From contig OY762209.1 in assembly GCA_963665295.1 (NCBI GenBank), positions 2,560,001-2,624,000 on the forward strand: a stretch of DNA of 64,000 nucleotides. Direction: 5' to 3'. Numbering within the stretch: the first letter of the stretch is position 1; every line of letters starts with the position of its first letter. Below, in pieces: positions 46,342 through 55,706 of the stretch. This DNA comes from Syntrophorhabdaceae bacterium. Lineage in GTDB: Bacteria; Desulfobacterota; Syntrophorhabdia; Syntrophorhabdales; Syntrophorhabdaceae. The translations under genes were made by a program, and so were the position numbers. The notes below the pieces were generated by a model. That model saw only the letters and a program-made list of their open reading frames with translations, was not told where the DNA came from and searched no databases.

Positions 46342-49300
46342 CTACCACCAGCCGCTTCCACCGTGGCCTTTAAGATATACCAGACCCCCGGTACTTAATT
46401 TATCCCGACAGCATTGGTCACATGTCTTGTTGTTCTTGCATCCTTTGTTACCCGCGCAGTCTCTTCCCTCCGCATTGTTGTGTAAATCCATTATGGACGA
46501 CGAAGGCACATCATAAATTGGAATTTTGCTGTTATCGTATATTTCGTGACCTGTGCCGGCCATGAAAGCTGTTGTCCAACCGCATTGTTTGACCATTTCA
46601 CAATTCCACATGCAGTGCAAATAAGCATTCCATGGGGTATTATCTCTGCGAACACCGGGAATTCCAGAAGATAGAGACTGTCTGAACACTGCCCCCGCCA
46701 CCCTTTTGGCGCAATCCCCGTCCCATACTGCCAGTCCCTTCGGGTCAATCTTGTTCACCGGATTGTTCTCCACGTACACGAACAAATTAATCCCCCCATC
46801 CAACCCTATCGGATCGGCGGTAATATATCTCCCTGTCTCCGGCTTGTAGTACCGGTAGTAATTATAGCTCAGTCCGGTCTCACTGTCATAGTACTGGCCG
46901 GGAAAGCGGAAATTGTTCTCCACCGTTGCCGTTGACACCTGTGCCTTGCCGAAGGCGGTGTAGAATGCCTTCCATGCCACATTGCCGCTGGAGTCAGTAA
47001 GCGCCTGGGGGGTGTCCAAATGGTCGTTGTGATAATAATAAACCGCCTCAGCCGGCCTTATCATGGCAAGAGGCTGATCGCCGAGATAGATATATTCGGC
47101 GAGCATCCGACCCGCTCCGTCCGTCTCGGCGATGATGTGACCTTTGGAATCATAGTGAAAGATCCACGTACCGCTTGAAGTTACCTTTTTGACCCTCTGC
47201 CCGACTCCATTGAACGTATACTGAGCGATCTGAGCAGCCCCGTCCCATACGCCGGTCAACTGGTTGAGGACGTCGTAGACATAGGTCCGGGTGTTCTCCG
47301 TGATGGTATTGCCGTTGGCGTCCGTAGTGAAGAGGGTCCCGTCTACTTGGGTAAGCACATTCGACCCGGTTTCATAGGCGTAGGTTGCGGCCGGGTCGAC
47401 GGGGGTGCTCCCCGGCGGGTTGATCTGGTCGGCCACGGAGGTAATGTTCCCGTTCGCGTCGTACCCGTAGATGCGGTGAAGAACCGACCCTGCCATGAGG
47501 GAGGATACCCTGTACCGGTTATCATACCCCTGGCTTAAGGAGAGGCCGTTTCCGTAGACAAGACCGGTTATCCCGCCAAAGGGAAGGTAGCTGACGGATG
47601 AGGCGAGGGTTTTCGGGCTTCCGTTCACGGTGGTGTCCACCTGAACGGTACGCTGCGCCCCGTCCAGCATATATACCACCGTCCTCCCTGTGGGATAGGT
47701 GACGGAAGTGAGGACATCATTCTTGTTATAGCCGTAAAGGGTAGTATAAAGGACGCCGCTTACGGTCTTGTCTTCCCTTACCATATTGCCCTGCGCATCG
47801 TAATGGAAAACATAGGCGCCGCTCGGATCAACCCTGCCCGTAAGCCTTCCCATTCCGTAACCGACGGAGGGGGAGTCATAGGTATTGGTGATATCCTGGG
47901 ACGGGTCGGCGGGGAAATGGACGGAGGCAAGGCGGTTCTGCGCGTCATAGGCATAGACGATGGTCTGACCGCCGGCGTCGGTGGTCCCTGTAAGGTTGCC
48001 TGCTCCATCATAGGAGTGCATCGTCGTACCCGTGTCAGGGGAGACGGTCCGGCATTTCTTTCCGAAATCGTCAAACTGGTAGGCGGTGGCGTTGCCCAGA
48101 GGGTCGGATATTGACGCGGGATTGTCCTGCGTGTCATATCCATAGGAAATCTGGGCGGTAAACGGCGGGGTCATCTCTGTTTTCCGGTTCAGGGCGTCGT
48201 AACCAAAAGTTGTGGTGTGACTTCTTGGGTCCGTTATGGCGGTAACGTTTCCCCTCCCGTCATAGCCATACCCTGTCGATGTATTATCCGGATTGACGAC
48301 GTCGGTCAGCCGGTTGTAGGAATCATGGGCAAAATCGAGATATGTCCTTACCGCGCCCTGGGGGTCTATTATATCCTGAGAGGTGCGGTTTCCCTGATCG
48401 TCGTACCCGTATTGCATCCTGTTTCCCGGACCGTCCCTTATCTCGGTTAACCTGTCTGCCGGGTTATAGGTAAAGTCGATCCTGTTTCCTTCGGGGAATA
48501 CGACATACGCAGTGTTGCCATGACCGTCGTAGCCGTATTGGGTCACCGCGTTTGCGATCTGGTTGGTGACGGACAGTATCCTGTTCCGCTGGTCGTAGGT
48601 CCGCCGGGTGATGACCCCGTTCGGATCGGTGACGGCGCCTACGTTGCCGTTTGCGTCATATTCCCCGAAGAGGGTTATCTGTCCCAGGGCGTTGCTGATG
48701 GAGCGGAGTCTGCCCTGGTTGTTCCCCTGAGACGGCGTGTTGGGGTAATAGTCGAAGGTGGTGATATCGGAGACGTCTGTCCTCGGATCGTCGATCCGCG
48801 TAAGCTGACCCGAGCCGTTATACTCGTAGGAGGTGGCGCCGGAAACAAGGGTCGCTGTACCGTCAATATAAGCGTATCCCGTTTCCGTTTTCGAGGTGAT
48901 ATTCCCCCCGGCATCATAGACGGCGGTAATCACCTTGCTTTGAGAGGGGTTGACCACACTCGCCTTGGTCTCGGTGCTTTGGGTGAGAAGAAAAGGGTCG
49001 TCCGTTCGGTGGGTATAGGTGTAACTCGTGGTCCGCTCTCCCGGGAGACCCTGAGCCTCCGTCTTCTGGACGATCTCACCTATCCGCGTCCACCAATTGT
49101 CGGGAGCGTCATAGGCATATCGGGTGGTATAGGACTGCCCTCCCGACACCACCGTCACTGACGCGAGGTCAAGGCCGGGAGCATAGGTGAAGACCTTGGT
49201 GATGCCCCCGCAGGTCGAACAGTTGTCGATCTCTGTGATAACCCGTATACCGTTACTGATAGCCGTCTTATACGTAGTGGCCCCGGTGGACCTTGTGACG

Positions 49301-50568
49301 GTGACGGGTTGATCCGCTGAAGAGCGGTCGTAGGTGAAGGCGGTCTGCTCCTGATACGCGCCGTTATCCACGTACCGGTAATAATTGGACACCCTCCCGT
49401 TCGCGTCGTAATCCCAGTGGCCGATGAGGTAGTTCGAGGAGTCGTACTTGTCGGTCATATTATGGTTGGAATAGGCGTAGGCCGACGAGCGCCCGTCGGG
49501 GTAGCTCACTCCCGTCAGGTCGGAGCCGGTATAGGCGTAGGTGACTGACTGCCCCTTAGGGTCGGTGATGGAAGAAACGCGCCCTCCTGAATACTGGAAC
49601 GTGAGGGAGTTTCCGAAGTTATTGGAGACCTGGGCAAGAAGACCTCCCGAGTATGTCAGGGTGAGGGTGTTCCCGTTGGGGTCGGATATCTGAAGGAGCG
49701 TCCCGTCGGAGCCGAACAGATAGGTGAGGTTGGCGCCCTTCGTGCGAAGCACGTACCGGCCGGTGGAGGTTATCCGGGTAAGCCTGTCTTTGACCCCTGA
49801 CTCCCCGTAAAAATCCGTCTCGCCCGCATTGGAGTGATAAAGCTCGGTGAAGTAAAGACCGCGGCCATCCGCGGAGCGGACCTTCACTCGTGTGAAGGGG
49901 GTTGTGTGAACGACCTGAAGGCTGAGGCCAAAGCTGTGGGTCCATCCATGGCCCAGGGGTCCGTCGGAAGCGGTAAGACTGTTATAGTGTCTCACGAATT
50001 GGAGCGGTATCCCCGGCGCCGATAGGGAGATATCGACGGCCCTCTCATATTTGTTGCCTGTCGCCACCTTGACAGGATTACAGACATAATCGTCGCATGG
50101 GGTTTGTCCCGGCCCTCCGGCGTCACCCGTGGAGCCTGCGCCACCCAGATTCTTGTCGTCGGCCTCGACGTTGGGGTCAGGCATCTCGACGGGGATGGGG
50201 GTGTTGCACCCGGCCCGCGGGTACCAGTAATCCCTCCTGTAGGAGATGGACGGGTCACCTCTGCGACAGGCGTAGGCGCCGAACCCGCAGCCCGAGTCGC
50301 CCGCGTCCGAACAGCCGAGTGTGGACCCGCAGTCCGAGCATGTCCAGGGCCAGTAATAACCCGACGTACCGGCGCAATCGGCCTCGGCCGTCGCTTGGGC
50401 GGAAGCCGCGTCGGCAAATATGTCAACCGGGATGGGTGCCGAAGCGAGACATTGAGCGAGGGACGTATCCGGTTGAAACCCCCAGTAAGCTGCGATACTC
50501 GGGTGAGGCAGGAATAATGTGAGCAGTGCTGCCGGGATCAGCCATCTGATATGAACCATCCTCTTCAT
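46342..50568 (-). CDS. Rhs/YD-repeat polymorphic toxin with Sec signal peptide, Cys-rich N-terminus, DUF6531-like domain and Wnt-like (DUF6973-type) C-terminal tip
   Basis: MKRMVHIRWLIPAALLTLFLPHPSIA signal; NPVKVATGN…RHYNS…GHGWTHSF; many YD repeats; RFPGQYYDSETGL.YNYYRYY…DPIGL…NP…DPKGL core; tip NAYLHC…HE…MDLHNNAEGR. Confidence 0.93.
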   Translation of the reverse strand: MKRMVHIRWLIPAALLTLFLPHPSIAAYWGFQPDTSLAQCLASAPIPVDIFADAASAQATAEADCAGTSGYYWPWTCSDCGSTLGCSDAGDSGCGFGAYACRRGDPSISYRRDYWYPRAGCNTPIPVEMPDPNVEADDKNLGGAGSTGDAGGPGQTPCDDYVCNPVKVATGNKYERAVDISLSAPGIPLQFVRHYNSLTASDGPLGHGWTHSFGLSLQVVHTTPFTRVKVRSADGRGLYFTELYHSNAGETDFYGESGVKDRLTRITSTGRYVLRTKGANLTYLFGSDGTLLQISDPNGNTLTLTYSGGLLAQVSNNFGNSLTFQYSGGRVSSITDPKGQSVTYAYTGSDLTGVSYPDGRSSAYAYSNHNMTDKYDSSNYLIGHWDYDANGRVSNYYRYVDNGAYQEQTAFTYDRSSADQPVTVTRSTGATTYKTAISNGIRVITEIDNCSTCGGITKVFTYAPGLDLASVTVVSGGQSYTTRYAYDAPDNWWTRIGEIVQKTEAQGLPGERTTSYTYTHRTDDPFLLTQSTETKASVVNPSQSKVITAVYDAGGNITSKTETGYAYIDGTATLVSGATSYEYNGSGQLTRIDDPRTDVSDITTFDYYPNTPSQGNNQGRLRSISNALGQITLFGEYDANGNVGAVTDPNGVITRRTYDQRNRILSVTNQIANAVTQYGYDGHGNTAYVVFPEGNRIDFTYNPADRLTEIRDGPGNRMQYGYDDQGNRTSQDIIDPQGAVRTYLDFAHDSYNRLTDVVNPDNTSTGYGYDGRGNVTAITDPRSHTTTFGYDALNRKTEMTPPFTAQISYGYDTQDNPASISDPLGNATAYQFDDFGKKCRTVSPDTGTTMHSYDGAGNLTGTTDAGGQTIVYAYDAQNRLASVHFPADPSQDITNTYDSPSVGYGMGRLTGRVDPSGAYVFHYDAQGNMVREDKTVSGVLYTTLYGYNKNDVLTSVTYPTGRTVVYMLDGAQRTVQVDTTVNGSPKTLASSVSYLPFGGITGLVYGNGLSLSQGYDNRYRVSSLMAGSVLHRIYGYDANGNITSVADQINPPGSTPVDPAATYAYETGSNVLTQVDGTLFTTDANGNTITENTRTYVYDVLNQLTGVWDGAAQIAQYTFNGVGQRVKKVTSSGTWIFHYDSKGHIIAETDGAGRMLAEYIYLGDQPLAMIRPAEAVYYYHNDHLDTPQALTDSSGNVAWKAFYTAFGKAQVSTATVENNFRFPGQYYDSETGLSYNYYRYYKPETGRYITADPIGLDGGINLFVYVENNPVNKIDPKGLAVWDGDCAKRVAGAVFRQSLSSGIPGVRRDNTPWNAYLHCMWNCEMVKQCGWTTAFMAGTGHEIYDNSKIPIYDVPSSSIMDLHNNAEGRDCAGNKGCKNNKTCDQCCRDKLSTGGLVYLKGHGGSGWW

Positions 50569-50912
50569 AAAATTCTTCCCGAGCGGCAATTGCACCACGG
50601 TACTATGACAGGCCTTGCAGGCCCCGCCGCGTTTCCGGGCTCGCGGTGTCCTCATGCGGGTCTGATGATATTTCGTAAGGTGTTTTGGATGTATATAACT
50701 TTCTTTCGACCACCGTATGTGCGGTGGGTCACATTTCTCCGAAAAAGACGTGTCCTGCCGGCGAAAAAAAGCGGCAGGCAGGGAGGAGCACCGGCATTTG
50801 CCGTGACTTTTGGGTATCATTGACCCTTCTCTGTGCGGGAATGATGATTATACTATAAGAAGCCCGGTGAACATAGGGGCGCCAATCGCACTAAACATAG
50901 AGGAGGTAGATC

Positions 50913-51299
50913 GTGAAACTGAGTGAATACTTTGAAAATGCAACAGGCCGGGGCGTACTCGCCACGTCGGGGACCGGAGGCACGGTGGATGTGGCCGTTT
51001 ACTCGCGTCCCCATTTTGTTGACGAAGATACGATTGCCTATATCATGACGGACCGGCTTACCCACATGAACCTTCAGTCAAACCCGCATGCGGCGTATCT
51101 ATTTATCGAATCGGGGGAGCACTATGAAGGGAAGAGGCTTTATCTCACAAAAACGGGGGAGGAGACCGACCCTGAAGCGATCGCCAAGATGAGGTGGAGG
51201 TCGACATATACGATCCCCGAGAACCAGAAGAATGAAAAAAGGTTTCTGGTTTTCTTCAAGATCGACAGAGTGCTTCCCCTTATAGGGGAAAAGATGTAG
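50913..51299 (+). CDS. Pyridoxamine 5'-phosphate oxidase-family (FMN-binding split barrel) protein
   Basis: AGGAGG SD; GVLAT…VDVAVYSRPH…THMNLQSNPHAAYLF…GKRLYL. Confidence 0.85.
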   Translation: MKLSEYFENATGRGVLATSGTGGTVDVAVYSRPHFVDEDTIAYIMTDRLTHMNLQSNPHAAYLFIESGEHYEGKRLYLTKTGEETDPEAIAKMRWRSTYTIPENQKNEKRFLVFFKIDRVLPLIGEKM

Positions 51300-51304
51300 T
51301 AGCC

Positions 51305-51475
51305 GTGCACGATCACCCTCACCCACACAAGCGGCCGGGCATAGGCATGTTTCTCACCAACCTTCACGCGGACATGCCTCTTTCGAGGAAGATATGGCTC
51401 ATCTTCAGGAACAACATGAAGAAGATCCTGACCCTGAGCAGTTGCTGCGGACACCACGGCGAACCGGGTTGCTGA
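51305..51475 (+). CDS. 56-aa His/Cys-rich small protein ending CCGHHGEPGC (below the ORF-track cutoff)
   Basis: Hand translation MHDHPHPHKRPGIGMFLTNLHADMPLSRKIWLIFRNNMKKILTLSSCCGHHGEPGC; GTG start 5 nt after the upstream stop. Confidence 0.65.
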   Translation: MHDHPHPHKRPGIGMFLTNLHADMPLSRKIWLIFRNNMKKILTLSSCCGHHGEPGC

Positions 51476-51548
51476 CAGACGGATGACGGGCCCACCGGTC
51501 GGTGAGCCAAATACGGCGGTCTTTAGGGGCTGAGGCGCGAGGGGAGGG

Positions 51549-52091
51549 TCAGGAACGGTCCTTCCCGGCCTCCGCCACCTTTTCTCTATAAATGCGATGG
51601 ATCAGTTCCCTGTCGAAGACCTGCTCCTCGGCAAGCATGGCCTCCAACTCATTCGGCGCCAGGTATGACATGGAGGGCAGGAAGAAGTGCCTGTCTTCCT
51701 TTTCCATGTGTTTCGGGTAGAATTCGACGAAGAACCGCAGGTGGTCCAGGATGACCCGGGACTGGTCTTTTTCGCCCCGGAGGTACCTTTCCTTGGCGGT
51801 CACGAGTTGGGCCACATTCTCCCGTCCCTTCCGGTGGTCCCCGACCAGTTCCTCCATCATGAGCCTGTCATAGAAGGAGAGCGCCTTTTTGCCGAGTTCC
51901 CTGAAGAGGATATCCTCCTCTTTGCCGTGATGGCACCGGTCCGCGTAGACGCGTATAAAATCAACCGCTTCGTCGATGAATCCCGGGTCGATGGGCCCGC
52001 CGCTTTCGACCCTTTCGATCTCTTTTCTTATTGCGGAGATCATCTTCTCTATGAGTCTGTGTTCAATCATGAGAGGAGCTATGGGCAGCAT
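51549..52091 (-). CDS. Hemerythrin HHE-domain protein
   Basis: EHRLI, DRCHHGKEEDILF, DH and HMEKED motifs; GGGAGG SD. Confidence 0.9.
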   Translation of the reverse strand: MLPIAPLMIEHRLIEKMISAIRKEIERVESGGPIDPGFIDEAVDFIRVYADRCHHGKEEDILFRELGKKALSFYDRLMMEELVGDHRKGRENVAQLVTAKERYLRGEKDQSRVILDHLRFFVEFYPKHMEKEDRHFFLPSMSYLAPNELEAMLAEEQVFDRELIHRIYREKVAEAGKDRS

Positions 52092-52230
52092 GATCGGTTA
52101 CCTCCCGTATGTGTCTTGGTGGCGGATATCCCGTGCGGCTTCCGCCGCTTTTTCATCTTCAGGGCCTGTCCGTTCCAGGCTGAAAAGCCTTGGGGGCGGC
52201 CTTTGGGCACGCCCCCGGAGACTCAGTTGA

Positions 52231-53853
52231 TCATCCCAGTATGGCCTTTATGTCCTCATCCGGCGTGGTTATGGGCTTGATGTCGTAATTCTTCACCAGC
52301 ACGTTGAGAACGTTCGGGGTGAGGAATGCGGGAAGGGTGGGTCCAAGCCGCATGTTCTTGATCCCCAGGTAGAGCAGGGTGAGCAGTATGGCCACCGCCT
52401 TTTGTTCGTACCAGGAGAGGATCAGTGACAGGGGTAGCTCGTTTACGCCGACGCCGAAGGCGTTCGCAAGGGCTACGGCGACCTGTATGGCGGAATAAGC
52501 GTCATTGCACTGTCCCACGTCGAGGAGGCGCGGGATACCGCCTATGTCGCCAAGCTTTTTGTCGAAGAAACGGAACTTGCCGCACGCGAGGGTGAGCACT
52601 ATCGTATCCTGAGGGAGTTTTTCCACAAATTCCGTGTAGTAGTTCCTCCCCGGTTTTGCGCCGTCGCAACCGGCGACAAGGAAGAAATGCCGTATCTGTT
52701 TGCTCTTCACTGCCTCGATTACCTTCCCCGCAACACCGAGGATGGCGTCTCTCGCGAACCCCACCATGACCGAGCCCCGGTCGGTGTCTTCCGGAAAACC
52801 GGGGAGAGACAGGGCCTTTTCAATGACGGCCGTGAAGTCGTACCCTGTGAGATGACGGATACCCGGAAAACCGACGGTCCCCGTGGTAAAGACGTTTTCC
52901 TTATATGACTCCTGAGGTCTCATGAGACAGTTGGTGGTCATGAGGATCGATCCGGGGAATTCCGAGAATTCCCTGTGCTGGTTCTGCCATGCGGTGCCGT
53001 AATGCCCGTAGAAGTGGGGATATTTCTTAAGCCCCGGATAGCCGTGGGTGGGCAGCATCTCTCCATGGGTATAGACAGAGATGCCTTTTCCCGCGGTCTG
53101 TTTGAGAAGTTCGTCGAGGTCCTTGAGGTCATGACCGGAGACAAGGATCGCCTTGCCCTTCTTCGCTCCCAGGGGCACTTCCGTGGGGACAGGATGGCCG
53201 TAGACTCCGGTATTGGCTGCATCGAGGAGTTCCATGGCCCTCAGGTTGATCTCGCCGCATTTGAGCACCAGGGAGAGCCACGCGGAAAGGTCAAGCCTGT
53301 TTTGCCTCAGCTCCGCCAGCACCTCATGGACGAAAGCGTACACGGCATTGTCTTCCTGGCCAAGTATCTGGGCGTGAAACGCGTAGGCGGCAATGCCTTT
53401 TATGCCGAAAAGGGCGGTGTGCCGGAGGGAGAGGATGTCAGGATCGATATCCGGATTGGACTTGAGTCCCACCGATTCGCCCTGGGCGATCATGGCCTCC
53501 AGGGTCGCCCCCGGTTTGAAGGGCGGCTTCTTGAAGTCCACCTTACCTCCCCGAGCCTCAACCTTTGCCACGAAAGTGTCTCTCAGTTCGACACCGTGTT
53601 TGATGAGGTCCACAAACCTGAGGGGGTCGAAGTCCACGTTCGTGAGGGTCGAAAAAAGGGCTTCAACAGCGAACACATCTACTCCGCCGTCGATTACACC
53701 GACTTTCCTTCCTTCCACTGCGCACAGTGCCAGGTCCTCAAGGGTGTAACAGAGAAGGTCCTGTAGGGCTGCCACATCCGGCTGCTTGCCGCAGACCCCT
53801 ATCTTCGTGCATCCCTCGCCTTTTGCTGTTTGCTCGCATTGATAACAAAACAT
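52231..53853 (-). CDS. hcp: Hybrid cluster protein (hydroxylamine/NO reductase)
   Basis: MFCYQCEQTA…GCTKIGVCGK, SGHDL, YTHGEMLP, TTNC, AGCDG, GQCNDAY and SWYEQKA; AAGGAGG SD. Confidence 0.97.
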   Translation of the reverse strand: MFCYQCEQTAKGEGCTKIGVCGKQPDVAALQDLLCYTLEDLALCAVEGRKVGVIDGGVDVFAVEALFSTLTNVDFDPLRFVDLIKHGVELRDTFVAKVEARGGKVDFKKPPFKPGATLEAMIAQGESVGLKSNPDIDPDILSLRHTALFGIKGIAAYAFHAQILGQEDNAVYAFVHEVLAELRQNRLDLSAWLSLVLKCGEINLRAMELLDAANTGVYGHPVPTEVPLGAKKGKAILVSGHDLKDLDELLKQTAGKGISVYTHGEMLPTHGYPGLKKYPHFYGHYGTAWQNQHREFSEFPGSILMTTNCLMRPQESYKENVFTTGTVGFPGIRHLTGYDFTAVIEKALSLPGFPEDTDRGSVMVGFARDAILGVAGKVIEAVKSKQIRHFFLVAGCDGAKPGRNYYTEFVEKLPQDTIVLTLACGKFRFFDKKLGDIGGIPRLLDVGQCNDAYSAIQVAVALANAFGVGVNELPLSLILSWYEQKAVAILLTLLYLGIKNMRLGPTLPAFLTPNVLNVLVKNYDIKPITTPDEDIKAILG

Positions 53854-53893
53854 GGTTTCCTCCTTATGGTCTTGAGTTATTGTCGCTGAAATA

Positions 53894-53935
53894 AGTATAA
53901 GCACTCCCGGACGGCGAGTCCTTGACTTAGATCAA
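53894..53935 (-). promoter_or_regulatory. Class II CRP/FNR-family (HcpR-like) promoter of hcp
   Basis: TTGAT-CTAA-GTCAA (53935-53922) and -10 TATACT (53899-53894); the box centre falls at about -41.5. Confidence 0.75.
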
Positions 53936-54077
53936 AAAGATGGGAGATCGACAGGGTCCGTGTTTCCGTATACATCCGCAGTCTCCTCCGCCACCCTTTC
54001 CCGTGGAGGGGCCGCGCGGTTGGTTCTCCGGTTGACAGTGTCTCGAAGGGTTCCTATATATAACCCATGGAGTTGTC

Positions 54078-55643
54078 ATGAACCGCTTCCGTCTCTTCGC
54101 AATTGTTCTCCTTCTGTCGGGTTGTGTCAAGGTGGGGCCCGACTTTGTCCGACCGGAGGCGCAGGTGTCGGCCGACTGGCTCGAAGCGGCCGACAACAGG
54201 GTGACCAGCCGGCAGGCGGATTCACACGAGTGGTGGCGGGTATTCGATGACCCTGTTCTGAACAGGCTTATCGACACCGCCTATCGCGAGAACCTATCCC
54301 TTCGGATAGCCGGGGTGAGGGTGCTCGAAGCCCGGGCCCAGCTTGGCGTTGCCGTGGGGCAACTCTACCCTCAGAAGCAACAACTGGGCGGTAATTTGCA
54401 GTACTATCGCGTGAGCGAACACTCCCTTCTGTTCGGCGGCCTTTTCAGGACCCCCAATTACAATCAGGCCGACAGTACGATTACCGCCAACTGGGAGATC
54501 GACTTCTGGGGGAGATTCAGGCGTTCCATAGAATCCGCCGATGCGGGCTGGATCGCGACGGTGGCCGACTACGATAACGCCCTCGTGAGTCTTACTGCCG
54601 ATGTGGCGACCAACTATATCCTTATCAGGACCCTGGAGAAGCGGATCGAGATCGCCCTCCAGAACGTGGAAACCCAGAAGGAGAGCTTGAGGATCGCGGA
54701 AGCGCGATTTCAGATAGGTACCACTTCCGAGAGAGACGTGGAACAGGCAAGAACGGTCCTCAACGACACCCTCGCGACTGTGCCCACTCTTCAAAGCCAG
54801 TTGAGACAAACCCAGAACGCCCTTAGCGTCCTCCTTGGTTCGCCCCCGGGCAATCTGAAGGAAATGCTCGCCGGTTCGCGGGGTATTCCCGGACCACCCC
54901 TCACGGTGGCGGTGGGCATTCCCGCCGACCTGCTTCGCCGAAGGCCTGATATCCGAAGCGCCGAATACCGGGCGGCGGCCCAGTGCGCTGAAATCGGTGT
55001 GGCCAAGGCGGACCTCTTCCCCGTGTTTTCCCTCAACGGGATGTACGGCTATCTTTCAACCAATATGGGAAGGAACTCCCTGGGAGACATTAATCATGCG
55101 AGCAGCCGTCAATATACGGTAGGTCCGGGCATAACGTGGAATGTCCTCAGCTACGGGCGGATTACGAATAATGTGAGGGTGCAGGACGCACGGTTCCAGC
55201 AATTGATCATTTCGTACCAGAGCACGGTGCTCAAGGCCCAGCAGGAAGTGGAGGATGGCCTGACCGCTTTCCTTCGTGCCCAGGAAAGGGCGGAATTCCT
55301 GACCAGGAGCGTGGAGGCGGCCAGAAGGTCCCTTGGACTCGCCATGGCTCAGTACCGGGAAGGTGTGATGGACTATACTACGGTGCTCACGACCGAACAG
55401 GCCCTTCTCACGGAGCAGGACAATCTCGCGAACACGCTGGGAAGTATAGCGGGCAACCTCGTGGCCACCTACAGGGCTCTGGGCGGGGGCTGGGAGATCA
55501 GGACCGGCAAAGAACTCGTGCCGGGTGATATCAAGGAGGCCATGGCAAAGCGCACCAACTGGGGTTCGCTCCTCGAACCTGCGGTCTATATCCCGGGACC
55601 TTCCGAGACGGAGCGGTCCCTTGTCCGCCTTCCCGATTGGTAG
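54078..55643 (+). CDS. RND efflux outer-membrane lipoprotein (NodT/TolC family)
   Basis: Lipobox LLLSGC, WWRVFDDPVL, WEIDFWGR, PADLLRRRPDI and YRALGGGW. Confidence 0.94.
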   Translation: MNRFRLFAIVLLLSGCVKVGPDFVRPEAQVSADWLEAADNRVTSRQADSHEWWRVFDDPVLNRLIDTAYRENLSLRIAGVRVLEARAQLGVAVGQLYPQKQQLGGNLQYYRVSEHSLLFGGLFRTPNYNQADSTITANWEIDFWGRFRRSIESADAGWIATVADYDNALVSLTADVATNYILIRTLEKRIEIALQNVETQKESLRIAEARFQIGTTSERDVEQARTVLNDTLATVPTLQSQLRQTQNALSVLLGSPPGNLKEMLAGSRGIPGPPLTVAVGIPADLLRRRPDIRSAEYRAAAQCAEIGVAKADLFPVFSLNGMYGYLSTNMGRNSLGDINHASSRQYTVGPGITWNVLSYGRITNNVRVQDARFQQLIISYQSTVLKAQQEVEDGLTAFLRAQERAEFLTRSVEAARRSLGLAMAQYREGVMDYTTVLTTEQALLTEQDNLANTLGSIAGNLVATYRALGGGWEIRTGKELVPGDIKEAMAKRTNWGSLLEPAVYIPGPSETERSLVRLPDW

Positions 55644-55706
55644 GAAGACAGGCGCACGGGTCTTAAGGTGTCCGCGCCATAACCCCGGATATGAAGGAAC
55701 CATACC

